From an uncultured cyanobacterium (GTDB taxonomy: Bacteria > Cyanobacteriota > Cyanobacteriia > PCC-6307 > Cyanobiaceae): a stretch of 64,000 bases of DNA. A program made the translations under genes and the position numbers. The notes under the pieces were generated by a model, which worked only from the letters and a program-made list of their open reading frames with translations, was not told where the DNA came from and ran no database searches. The number at the start of each line of letters is the position of its first letter. Position 1 is the first letter of the stretch. The stretch spans positions 32,001 to 96,000 of the forward strand of contig CAVXWZ010000005.1 in the NCBI GenBank assembly GCA_963765575.1, given 5' to 3'. Positions 43,083-55,253 of this stretch are shown here, one piece after another.

Positions 43083-44393
43083 ATGACCCTCCCTTCCCGG
43101 GGCCACCTGCCGGTGCTGATCGCCGGCGGTGGCACCGCTGGCATCACCCTGGCCAGCTGGCTGCGCAAGCTCGACCCCGAGCTCGAGATCGCCATCATCG
43201 AGCCCTCACCCTTCCACGACTACCAGTCGGGCTGGGTTCTGGTGGCCGGTGGATTCATGGCCGCCGACGCCACCCGGCGCCGCGAACGGGATGTGCTGCC
43301 CGCCGGCGTGGACCTGATCCACAGCAAGGTGGTGGGGTTCGATCCCGAGCACAACGCCGTCGAGCTGATCGGCGGCCAGCGCCTCAGCTACGGGGTGCTG
43401 GTGGTGGCCCTGGGCATCGAGCTCAACTGGACCGCCGTCGAGGGTCTGGCCCAGACCCTGGGCCATCACCATGTCACCAGCATCTACAGCCGCCGCACGG
43501 CCCGTTACAGCCGCCGCTGTTTCGAGGAGTTCCAGGGCGGCACGGCCGTGTTCACCCAGCCGGCCACGGCGATCAAGTGCGGCGGGGCGCCCCAGAAGAT
43601 CATGCACCTGGCCCACCAGCAGTTCCAGGCCCGCAGCGGCGTGGGGGTCAACAGCCGCACCCTGTTCTGCACCGCCCAGGCCAGCCTGTTCCCGGTGCAG
43701 GCCTACAGCGACAAGATGGTGGAGATCGCCCAGCGCCACCATTCCGAGGTGCGCTACCACCACGACCTGGTGGCCGTGGACGGCGAGGCCGGCCTGGCCA
43801 CGTTTTGCGTCCAGGAGCCGGGGCAGCGCCAGCGCCTGGAGACGCTTCACTTCGACCTGCTGCATGTGGTGCCGCCGATGTCGGCGCCGCCGGTGGTGGC
43901 CGCCAGCTCCCTGGCCGTTCAGCCCAGCGGCGACCAGCCGGCGGCCGCCACTGGTGGTTGGGTGGAGGTGGACCCCCGCACGGCCCGCCACGTGCGCTAC
44001 GGCAATGTGTTCGCCATCGGTGATGTGGGCTCCTTCCCCACCGCCAAGACGGCGGCGGCGGTGCGCAAGCAGGCGCCCGTGGTGGCGGCCAACGTGCTGG
44101 CGGCACTCCGGGGTCGGGCCCCCGATTGCGCTTACGACGGCTATAGCGCCTGCCCGCTGATCACCAGCGACCACACGGTGATGATGATGGAGTTCGACTA
44201 CAGCAAGCAGCCGGTCAGCAGTTTTCTGGTCAATCCGGTCAAGGAGCGCTGGTTTGCCTGGCTGCTCGAGCGCTTTGGCTTCCCCTGGATCTACTGGCAC
44301 CGCATGCTCAAGGCCAAACCCCATGAGGCGATCTATCTCCAGCCGTTCCAGGGTCTGGCCCGGCGCCTGGGCCTGATGCGTTGGCAGGCCTGA
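43083..44393 (+). CDS. sqr: Sulfide:quinone oxidoreductase, type II-like
   Basis: GGGTAG FAD motif, IKCGGAPQKI and YDGYSACPL (two redox cysteines), NVFAIGD, KTAAAV, amphipathic C-terminus. Confidence 0.88.
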   Translation: MTLPSRGHLPVLIAGGGTAGITLASWLRKLDPELEIAIIEPSPFHDYQSGWVLVAGGFMAADATRRRERDVLPAGVDLIHSKVVGFDPEHNAVELIGGQRLSYGVLVVALGIELNWTAVEGLAQTLGHHHVTSIYSRRTARYSRRCFEEFQGGTAVFTQPATAIKCGGAPQKIMHLAHQQFQARSGVGVNSRTLFCTAQASLFPVQAYSDKMVEIAQRHHSEVRYHHDLVAVDGEAGLATFCVQEPGQRQRLETLHFDLLHVVPPMSAPPVVAASSLAVQPSGDQPAAATGGWVEVDPRTARHVRYGNVFAIGDVGSFPTAKTAAAVRKQAPVVAANVLAALRGRAPDCAYDGYSACPLITSDHTVMMMEFDYSKQPVSSFLVNPVKERWFAWLLERFGFPWIYWHRMLKAKPHEAIYLQPFQGLARRLGLMRWQA

Positions 44394-44935
44394 GATCCCC
44401 GCTGCGATCGTTGGCCGTCGCCGGGGCCCTGCTGGCGGTGGTGGGCTGCGGCCCCCGCCTGCCCCGGGCGGCCTCCGATCAACAGCTGGCCGCCGAGGTG
44501 GAGCGCCGCTATGCCGGCTTCCGCCAGCGCCTGTTCCCCGCCGTGCCCGACATCAGCGTGGCCGCATGGGACGCCGCCGCAGCACCAGCAGGGCCTGGTC
44601 AGCCGCTCCTGCTGGTGGATGTGCGCGCTGCCCACGAGCAGGCGGTGTCGATGCTGCCGGGGGCGATCGGCCGCCAGGCCTTCGAGCGCGAGCGCGAGCG
44701 CTACCGCGAGCACCTGATCGTGCCTTACTGCACCATCGGCCTGCGCAGCGGTCTCTATGCCCGGCAGTTGATCGAGGAGGGCTTTGCGGCTCGCAATCTG
44801 GCCGGCAGCGCCCTGGCCTGGGCCCACGCCGGCTTGGCCTTCGAGGCTGACGGCAAGCCCACCCGGCGGGTGCATGTCTACGGAGCCGACTGGAATCTGC
44901 TGCCGGCTGGCTACGAGCCCGTGCTGGGCCGTTGA
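44381..44935 (+). CDS. Single-domain rhodanese with lipoprotein signal
   Basis: LLAVVG|C lipobox, LLVDVR..EQAVSMLPGA, active loop YCTIGLRS, NLAGSALAW; overlaps the sqr stop. Confidence 0.85.
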   Translation: MAGLRSPLRSLAVAGALLAVVGCGPRLPRAASDQQLAAEVERRYAGFRQRLFPAVPDISVAAWDAAAAPAGPGQPLLLVDVRAAHEQAVSMLPGAIGRQAFERERERYREHLIVPYCTIGLRSGLYARQLIEEGFAARNLAGSALAWAHAGLAFEADGKPTRRVHVYGADWNLLPAGYEPVLGR

Positions 44936-45343
44936 TCAGGCCTGCCCCGGCAGCCAGCGGCGCAGCAACTGCTCCTGCTGCACCAGCCGCAGCCGGTTGG
45001 CCTCGCTGGGATCGCTGGCGTAGCGCTGCTGCAGGTCGTTGAGCAGGTGACGCATGCTCCTCTGTTCCAGGGGGTGGTGGGGCAGGGGTACCGGTTCGAG
45101 GCGCAGCTCCTCCAGGGGCACCGTCTCCAGCAACTCCATCCCTCCCGCGCCCGGCCCGTGGATGCGCACGTCCGCTGTCGGGGGTGCCAGGAAGGAGAGC
45201 AGTTCGAAGGGGAACACCACCCGTTCGAGGAAGAACTGATCGGGTCCGCAGCAGCGGAGCACGACCATCACATCCCTGGCGTTGCGGTAGCCATAGGCCG
45301 TGTACGGGTCGCTGGGGGGCTCGGGGCTGGTCCGGCGCGTCAT
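44936..45343 (-). CDS. DUF1830-like protein with C-terminal extension
   Basis: YRN....MVVLRC.G...FFLERVVFPFE..F.AP. Confidence 0.7.
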   Translation of the reverse strand: MTRRTSPEPPSDPYTAYGYRNARDVMVVLRCCGPDQFFLERVVFPFELLSFLAPPTADVRIHGPGAGGMELLETVPLEELRLEPVPLPHHPLEQRSMRHLLNDLQQRYASDPSEANRLRLVQQEQLLRRWLPGQA

Positions 45344-45443
45344 GGCGGATTCTGGCGAGGGGCCCGGACCCCTGATCCTGTGGCTGCCCGCTGGAGAGAA
45401 CGGTGTCGCCGGCCACCGCTGCGGTCGAATGAGTGTTCTTACC

Positions 45444-46313
45444 TCAGCCCAGCTCCAGGCAGGCCAGTCCGTAGACGTCGCGGAGGGGCGCCGTCGGTGG
45501 CCGGCCGCGGTACATGCGCTGGGTGCGGGCGACGGGCTGGAAGCCCAGCCCCTCAAACAGCGCCGCCGCCGCCGGGTTGGCCCCTGGGGCATCGATCAGC
45601 ACCACCCCCGGATGGCGGTGGATCAGTCCGCTCAGCAGCTGGGTCGCCAGGGCCGGGCTGTCGGCCAGCAGCGGGCCGATGCGCCAGCCCTCCCCCCGGC
45701 GCAGCAGGCAGGGGCGGATCCGTCCGAAGCCCTGGCACTGCCCGCCGCCGTCCACCAGGGTCAGCACCGTGCCGGCCGGGTGCTGGAGCCAGTCGGCCAG
45801 GAAGTGGGGCCGGGGACTGGCTGCGCGCTGGGCGTCGTAGGCCTGCACCGCCGCCGTGGGGGTCGCCGCTCCCTGCAACAGCCGCGCCGGCCCGTGCGCT
45901 GACGGGGGGCCGAGGCCGTGGCCATCGCTGAGCAGCTGCCAGCGGCTGGTGGTGGAGGCCGGTTCGAACCCCCACTCGGCGTAGTCGTCCACCCGGTCCA
46001 GGGCCGCCTCCAGGCCGATGCAGGGGAGGTCGGCCAGGTGCTCAAGGGCGTGCCGCCAGAGCGCCACGCCATAGCCCCGGCCGCGCTGCTCTGGCCGCAC
46101 CAGAAACAGGCCGACGAAGCCGTAGGCGGCGTTGTAGCGAACGCCGGCGATGCAGCCCACGGGCTCCTGGTCCAGCCAGCCCAGCCACAGCCCCTGGCGG
46201 TCGGTGTGGCGGTAGATGGCCACGTCGCCCGCCCCAGGGGTGAAGCCCTCGGCCCGGGCCCAGGCGGTCACCAGCGGGATGTGACGTCGCTGCAGCGCTC
46301 GGATGGTCAGCAC
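45444..46313 (-). CDS. GNAT acetyltransferase (YitH-like, two-domain)
   Basis: FVGLFLVRPEQRGRGYG, WRIGPLLAD, TQRMYRG, GLACLELG. Confidence 0.85.
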   Translation of the reverse strand: MLTIRALQRRHIPLVTAWARAEGFTPGAGDVAIYRHTDRQGLWLGWLDQEPVGCIAGVRYNAAYGFVGLFLVRPEQRGRGYGVALWRHALEHLADLPCIGLEAALDRVDDYAEWGFEPASTTSRWQLLSDGHGLGPPSAHGPARLLQGAATPTAAVQAYDAQRAASPRPHFLADWLQHPAGTVLTLVDGGGQCQGFGRIRPCLLRRGEGWRIGPLLADSPALATQLLSGLIHRHPGVVLIDAPGANPAAAALFEGLGFQPVARTQRMYRGRPPTAPLRDVYGLACLELG

Positions 46314-46437
46314 CGAGCCCAGCCGCCAGCGCCTCGCCCCTGCCCCATGGCCTTTGCCCCCACGGCCGCTCCCGGTCTAGCGCTGCTCCCGGGCCCTGAG
46401 GACCACTCCTAGAATTCATCGTTCCTCAGGCAGCCGC

Positions 46438-49485
<3,048 letters not shown>

Positions 49486-49598
49486 GGCCGTTGGGCCAGG
49501 GCTGGTGTGATGCTCAAGGTGAGCACTCCACCACTGGTGGCGGCGCTTAACGTTTGCCGTAGACGGGTCCACCGTGCGCCCCCGACACCACCCTGCCG

Positions 49599-50135
49599 AT
49601 GCCTGCCGGTTCTTCAGCCCATCCAACGGCCCATCCAACGGTGCGCCTACCGGCCCACACCCAGAGCTCCCGGCCTGCCGCGGCGCCGCTCGCACCCCCC
49701 CCGCTCCGGCCCAGTGCCCCAGGCCCCCAGGCCCCCAGGCCCGCGTCCCCGGCGGCGACTCCGGGGCCCGACTCCCTGCTCGGCAGGCTGCGTCGGCTGG
49801 CCGACCTGCTGGTGTTTGAGCCGGTGGCGGCCCCGGACCCCGGCCCCTACGTGCACACCGCCGCTCTGCACACCAAGGCTGATCTGACCGCCTCCCTGGC
49901 CGGCATCACCCAGCTCACCCGCGAGCAGGGCTTCTGCCGTGACCCCGAAACCCACTACGGCGATGGTGGCCGCAGTGCTGTGTACCACGTCGATCACCGC
50001 GACCTGCCGGTGTCCCTGAGCGTCAGCTGCAACCCCCTGCGCCAGACAGTGTCCATTGCCGTCAGCGGTCTGGAATGCGATGACGCCTACCGCTGCTTCC
50101 AGGCCCTGGAGGCCGCCCTGTTCGGCAACTGCTGA
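49599..50135 (+). CDS. Hypothetical protein
   Basis: Pro-rich N-terminus followed by a globular-looking C-terminal domain with GC-biased third positions. Start uncertain. Confidence 0.55.
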   Translation: MPAGSSAHPTAHPTVRLPAHTQSSRPAAAPLAPPPLRPSAPGPQAPRPASPAATPGPDSLLGRLRRLADLLVFEPVAAPDPGPYVHTAALHTKADLTASLAGITQLTREQGFCRDPETHYGDGGRSAVYHVDHRDLPVSLSVSCNPLRQTVSIAVSGLECDDAYRCFQALEAALFGNC

Positions 50136-50373
50136 GCGCTGCCACCGGTGGCGGTGATGTGGGGAAATGTCAACACGGGGCTGCGCAGCTCCGGAGCTGT
50201 CGGGTTGTCTCAAACCCCTTGACAACAGGCCTGTTGGCCGCTGCCACTGACGGCGCAGTTCGGTGATCCCGTGGCTCGGGAGGGGACGCAGGGCCCTTTC
50301 CGGGCTAAGACCAACCCAGTTCGTGTTGATCCAGCGGCCCCGGCCCCCAGCCCCTGCTCCCCGCCCCCTGCCT

Positions 50374-52575
50374 ATGGACAGCACCGCTAAGGCCGGCCTC
50401 TACGTTCTCCATCTGCATCTGCACGGCCTGTTCCGGTCGCGAAATCTGGAGCTCGGCCACGACCCCGACACCGGCGGCCAGACGACCTACGTTTTGGAGC
50501 TGGCGCGGGCTCTGGCGGCACGGCCGGAGGTGGAGCGGGTGGAGGTGGTCACCCGTTTGATCCGCGACCGGCGGCTGTCCGGCGACTACGGCCGCTCCGA
50601 GGAGCTGATCGTTCCCGGGGCCAGCATCTGCCGCTTGCCCTTCGGGCCCAACCGCTACCTGCGCAAGGAGCTGCTCTGGCCCCACCTCGACGAACTGGCC
50701 GATGCCCTGGCCCAGCGGCTGCTGGCCCAGCCGCGCCGGCCGGACTGGATCCATGCCCACTACGCCGACGCCGGCTATGTGGGGGCGCTGCTGCAGCGCC
50801 GGCTGGGGATTCCGCTGGTCTTCACCGGCCATTCCCTGGGCCGGGAGAAGCGCCGCCGGCTGCTGGCCGCCGGCCTGGATGTCGCCAGGATCGAGGCCCA
50901 GTTCTCCATGGTCCAGCGCATCGACGCCGAGGAACTGGCCCTGGCCCACGCCCAGCTGGTGGTGACCAGCACGCCCCAGGAGTGTGAGCGGCAGTACGCC
51001 CGCTATGGCCGTTTTCTGGCCGATCGGGCCCGGGTGATCCCCCCCGGCGTGGACAGCCTGCAGTTCTTTCCGGCCCAGCCCGGCGAACGGCAGGCGGCCG
51101 TGGAGGAGCTGATGGCACCGTTTCTGCGCGAGCCTGCCAAGCCGCCGGTGCTGGCCATCTGCCGCGCCGACCACCGCAAGAACATCCCCGCCCTGGTGGA
51201 GGTCTTCGGTCGCTCCGAGCACCTGCGCCGCCACCACAACCTGGTGTTGGTGCTGGGCTGCCGCGACGACCCCCGCCAGCTGGACCGGCAGCAGCGGGAG
51301 GTGTTCCAGCAGGTGTTCGAGCGGGTGGATCGCTTCGATCTCTACGGCCAGATTGCCTACCCCAAGCAGCACCAGCGCGACCAGATCCCGGAGATCTACC
51401 GCTGGGCGGCGCGGCTCGGCGGCGTGTTCGTGAACCCGGCGCTCACCGAGCCCTTCGGCCTCACCCTGCTGGAGGCGGCCGCCTGCGGCCTGCCGGTGGT
51501 GGCCACCGATGACGGCGGCCCTCGCGACATCCTCGGCCGCTGTCGCAACGGCCTGCTGGTTGACGTGTCCGATCTCGACGCCCTCCAGACCGGCCTGGAG
51601 GACGCCCTGGCCCAACCCGAGCGCTGGCGCCGCTGGCGCGACAACGGCATCGAGGCCGTGAGCCGCTTCTTCAGCTGGGACGCCCATGCCACCCACTACC
51701 TGGGCGTGGCCCTGGCCTCCACCCGCGAGGCCCCAGGGCAGGGACCGCCGTTCTGGTTCCAGCAGGCAGTGGGCAGCCCCGGCCCCGCAAGTCCGGCCGA
51801 GCCCGGCGCGGAACCGGAATTTCCCAGGGCGCCGCAGCGGCTGCTGGTGCTCGATCTCGACGCCAGCCTGGCGTCGGCCGACGACCACAGCCTGGCGGAA
51901 CTGCGCCGGCGCCTGGGCGCCGATCCCGAGCTGGCCATCGGCGTGGTTTCCGGGCGGGGGTTCGCCGCGGCCCGGCTGGCCTACGACGCCCTGCACCTGC
52001 CCAGGCCCAGCGTGTGGATCAGCGAAGCGGGCACGGACATCCACTACAGCAGCGAGCGTGCCCACTGGCCAGATCGCCACTGGCAGAGCCACATCGCCCG
52101 GGAGTGGGACCGCCAAGGGGTGGAATCGGCCATGGCGGCGCTCGAGCCGCGTCTGCGCCGTCAGGACGATCGCGACCAGGGCCCCTTCAAGGTGAGCTAC
52201 CTGCTCGACGAACCCGATGCCGGCATCCTCACCCTGGTGCGTCAGGTGCTGCGCAGCCACGGGCTGATGGCCCGCCCCCACCTGTTCCACCACTGGTTCC
52301 TCGATGTGCTGCCGCTGACGGCTTCCAAGACCGAAGCCCTGCGCTATCTGGCGCTGCGCTGGCAGCTGCCGCTCCATGCCCTGCTGGTGGAGGCCAGCCA
52401 GCAGGGGGATGGCGATCTGCTGCGGGGCCTGTCCCTGGGGGTGGTCCCCCAGGACCACGACCCCTCACTGGATCGGCTGCGCAGTCACCGGCGGGTGTTC
52501 TTCTCCAGCCGCCCCCAGGCCTGGGGACTGCTGGAGGGCCTCGATCACCACCGCTTCCTGCGGCGTCCTCAGTAG
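50374..52575 (+). CDS. sps: Sucrose-phosphate synthase with C-terminal SPP-like HAD domain
   Basis: HLHGLFR, DTGGQTTYVLEL, HAHYADAG, FVNPALTEPFGLTLLEA; HAD-like LVLDLD. Confidence 0.92.
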   Translation: MDSTAKAGLYVLHLHLHGLFRSRNLELGHDPDTGGQTTYVLELARALAARPEVERVEVVTRLIRDRRLSGDYGRSEELIVPGASICRLPFGPNRYLRKELLWPHLDELADALAQRLLAQPRRPDWIHAHYADAGYVGALLQRRLGIPLVFTGHSLGREKRRRLLAAGLDVARIEAQFSMVQRIDAEELALAHAQLVVTSTPQECERQYARYGRFLADRARVIPPGVDSLQFFPAQPGERQAAVEELMAPFLREPAKPPVLAICRADHRKNIPALVEVFGRSEHLRRHHNLVLVLGCRDDPRQLDRQQREVFQQVFERVDRFDLYGQIAYPKQHQRDQIPEIYRWAARLGGVFVNPALTEPFGLTLLEAAACGLPVVATDDGGPRDILGRCRNGLLVDVSDLDALQTGLEDALAQPERWRRWRDNGIEAVSRFFSWDAHATHYLGVALASTREAPGQGPPFWFQQAVGSPGPASPAEPGAEPEFPRAPQRLLVLDLDASLASADDHSLAELRRRLGADPELAIGVVSGRGFAAARLAYDALHLPRPSVWISEAGTDIHYSSERAHWPDRHWQSHIAREWDRQGVESAMAALEPRLRRQDDRDQGPFKVSYLLDEPDAGILTLVRQVLRSHGLMARPHLFHHWFLDVLPLTASKTEALRYLALRWQLPLHALLVEASQQGDGDLLRGLSLGVVPQDHDPSLDRLRSHRRVFFSSRPQAWGLLEGLDHHRFLRRPQ

Positions 52576-53736
52576 AGGCGGTAGGCCGGCTGGCTCTGGG
52601 CTTCGAGACCACCCTCCTCACCGCTGCCGGAGTCTTCATCACTCCAGGAGTTGCCGGTCAACCCCTCGTTTCTCCAGGATTCATCGCTCAAGGAGTCGTC
52701 ACGCCAGCGCTCGTCGCTCCACTGACGGCCCGGAAGCGACTCCGCCTCCCACGGTTCGCCGGCCTCCTCGGCGGCGATCTGGTCCGGGTCGCGGCCGTAG
52801 TCGGGGTTGCTGTCGGGCATCCAGAAACTGAGGTCGTTGTACCAATACAGACGCCCCGGTACCTGGTCGGCGATCAGCTGGGTCTTGGCCATGGCCGAGA
52901 TCAGCTGACCGAACTCCAGCGCCGTGAGGTCGGTCTGGATGTCTTCTCCGGCGATCCTCAGCAGCTCCGGCAAGCGGGTGACCATGCTGGGCTGCGACAG
53001 CTTCCTGAACACCTGATCGAGCACCAGCCGCTGGCGCTGCATCCGGCCCAGATCGCCCTCGGGGTCGTGACGGAAGCGCAGGAAGCCCTCCAGCTCCTCA
53101 CCCTTCAGCAGCTGGGGCCCGGGGTAGAGGTCGATGTAGAGATCCTGGGCGGTGTCGACGTAGTAGAGGCGCTTGGGCACATCCACCTGCACCCCGCCCA
53201 GGGCGTCAGCCACGCGCTGCACCGCCCGCAGATTCACCAGCAGATAGCGCTGGATCGGATCTCCCAGCAGGCCGCTCAATTCACGGCGGGCACCATCCAT
53301 GCCGCCGAAGGCATAGAGGGCGTTGGCCTTGAGCACCCCGAAATGCTCGGATTCCACATAGGTGTCGCGGGGCACCTGGACCATGCGGGTGTCACCGTCC
53401 TGGATCTCCAGCGTGAAGATCACATCGGTGTTGTCCCCCACCTTGTCGATCCCCATCACCAGGATCGACTTCTCGCTGAGGGGGCTGATGGACTTCGGAG
53501 AGATAGCTCGAACCGCCCTTCAGGCCGGCCACCGCCCCGTTCACAAGGCCCGGCAGCGGGCCCGACAGTCCGTAACCGAGTGCCAGACCGAGGGCGAAGG
53601 TCACGAGGGTGAGGCCGCGCGGCCTGCCTGGGCCCTGCTCCTGCCCCGGCTGCTGCGCACCACGCCCGCCAAGACAGCCGACCAGACGCCGTGCACCGGA
53701 GCCTGGGGTTGGCTGTGGTGGCTGTCGCTGGCCCAT
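52569..53736 (-). CDS. LytR-CpsA-Psr (LCP) family protein (frameshift near 53497)
   Basis: ILVMGID..NTD, QVPRDT, KANALY, FLRFRHD..GDLGRMQRQ; the TM anchor lies in ORF 53392..53760. Confidence 0.85.
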
Positions 53737-53788
53737 GCCGTCTCCTGGTCGGCGAACCATAACGGGCTGAGGGCCTTGGTACCAGGGG

Positions 53789-54958
53789 TCAGGTGGCCAG
53801 CACGCGGACCTGACCAGCGGCGGCGTCGGCGCGTCGGCGCGCCTCAGCCTCGCTGGCGCCCCGGGCCAGGGCCACCCCCAGACGCCGACGCGGCCGGGCG
53901 TCCGGCTTGCCGAACAGCAGCACCTGGGTGTCGGCTTCGCGCAGCGCTGCCGCCAGCCCCTCGAACGCCACCCGCTCGGCGGCCCGCTCGGCCAGGATCA
54001 CGCGGCTGGCGGCGGGTCCCAGGCTGTCGATGCGGGGAATCGGTAGCCCCAGCACCGCCCGCAGGTGCAGCTCGAACTGGTGCAGGTTCTGGCCCAGCAG
54101 GGTCACCAGGCCGGTGTCGTGGGGGCGGGGCGAGAGCTCGGAGAACACCACCTCCTGGCCGCAGACGAAGAATTCCACCCCGAACAGGCCGGCGCCGCCC
54201 AGGTTGTCGGTGACCGTGCGCGCCATCGCCTGGGCCGCCGCCAGCTGGGCGGCGCCGAGGGCGGCCGGCTGCCAGCTGCACTGGTAGTCGCCCCGCTCCT
54301 GAATGTGGCCGATGGGCGGACAGAACAGCGTGGGCCCATGCCACTGCCTCACCGTGAGCAGGGTGATCTCCAGATCGAAGTGCAGGAAGCCCTCCACGAT
54401 CACCCGCGCTCCCTCGCCGCGGGCCCCGGCCAGCGCCGTCTCCCAGGCCGCGGCGATGCCCTCGGGCCCCCGCACCACGCTCTGACCCTTGCCCGAGGAG
54501 CTCATCACCGGCTTGACCACCACGGGCCAGCCCAGGGGGGCGGCGACCGCGGCCAGTTCCTCGGCGCTGCTGGCGTAGGCGAAGCGGGCGGTGCGCAGGC
54601 CCAGCTGCGTGGCGGCCAGATCGCGGATGCGATCGCGATTCATGGTCACGGCCGTGGCCCGGGCCGTGGGGATCACCGTGATGCCCTCGGCCTCCAGCTC
54701 CGCCAGGGCGTCCACCGCCAGGGCCTCGATCTCCGGAATCACCAGATCGGGCCGATGCCGCCGCACCACCGCCTTGAGGGCGTGAGCATCGGTCATGGCG
54801 ATCACCTCCGAGGCGTCGGCCACCTGCATTGCCGGCGCTCCGGCGTAGCGGTCCACGGCGATCACCCGGCAGCCCAGGCGCTGGGCCGCGATCGCCACCT
54901 CCTTGCCCAGCTCGCCGCTGCCCAGCAGCATCAGGGTGCGGGGGAAGACGGTGTCCAT
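53789..54958 (-). CDS. purT: Formate-dependent GAR transformylase
   Basis: LLGSGELGKE, PEIEA, KPVMSSSGKGQS, ELSPRPHDTG, RRLGVALA. Confidence 0.96.
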   Translation of the reverse strand: MDTVFPRTLMLLGSGELGKEVAIAAQRLGCRVIAVDRYAGAPAMQVADASEVIAMTDAHALKAVVRRHRPDLVIPEIEALAVDALAELEAEGITVIPTARATAVTMNRDRIRDLAATQLGLRTARFAYASSAEELAAVAAPLGWPVVVKPVMSSSGKGQSVVRGPEGIAAAWETALAGARGEGARVIVEGFLHFDLEITLLTVRQWHGPTLFCPPIGHIQERGDYQCSWQPAALGAAQLAAAQAMARTVTDNLGGAGLFGVEFFVCGQEVVFSELSPRPHDTGLVTLLGQNLHQFELHLRAVLGLPIPRIDSLGPAASRVILAERAAERVAFEGLAAALREADTQVLLFGKPDARPRRRLGVALARGASEAEARRRADAAAGQVRVLAT

Positions 54959-55068
54959 GGCGGGCGGCGAGGCGGCAGCGGCGATCCTCCCGCAGTCCCT
55001 TGCGCCCCGCCGCCGCACCAACCTGCTAAACCAGGCCCGATCGCAGCGGAGCGCAGATGCCAGGGCTG

Positions 55069-55251
55069 ATGGATCGGTGCCTGCCGGCGGCGGGCCGGCT
55101 GCTGGCCCTGAGCACCGCCGGCGATGCGGCCGAGGGCCTGCCCTTCGGGCTGGACATCGCCAGCCTGCAGACCTACGTGCTGCTCTATCTCGGCCTCTCG
55201 TCGCTGGCCTTCGTGCTGGTGTGGGTGGTGGGCTATCTGCGCAGCCGCTGA
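55069..55251 (+). CDS. Small single-TM hypothetical protein
   Basis: C-terminal hydrophobic helix YVLLYLGLSSLAFVLVWVVG; fills the gap between purT and the next gene. Confidence 0.55.
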   Translation: MDRCLPAAGRLLALSTAGDAAEGLPFGLDIASLQTYVLLYLGLSSLAFVLVWVVGYLRSR

Positions 55252-55253
55252 CC

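Noticed and set aside
46410..46424. LexA box upstream of uvrA (GAAT-N5-GTTC)
   Set aside because: Wrong spacing and a mismatch; better read as a TAGAAT -10 element.
55069..55251. petL assignment for the small TM protein
   Set aside because: Longer than PetL, and no motif I can confidently match.
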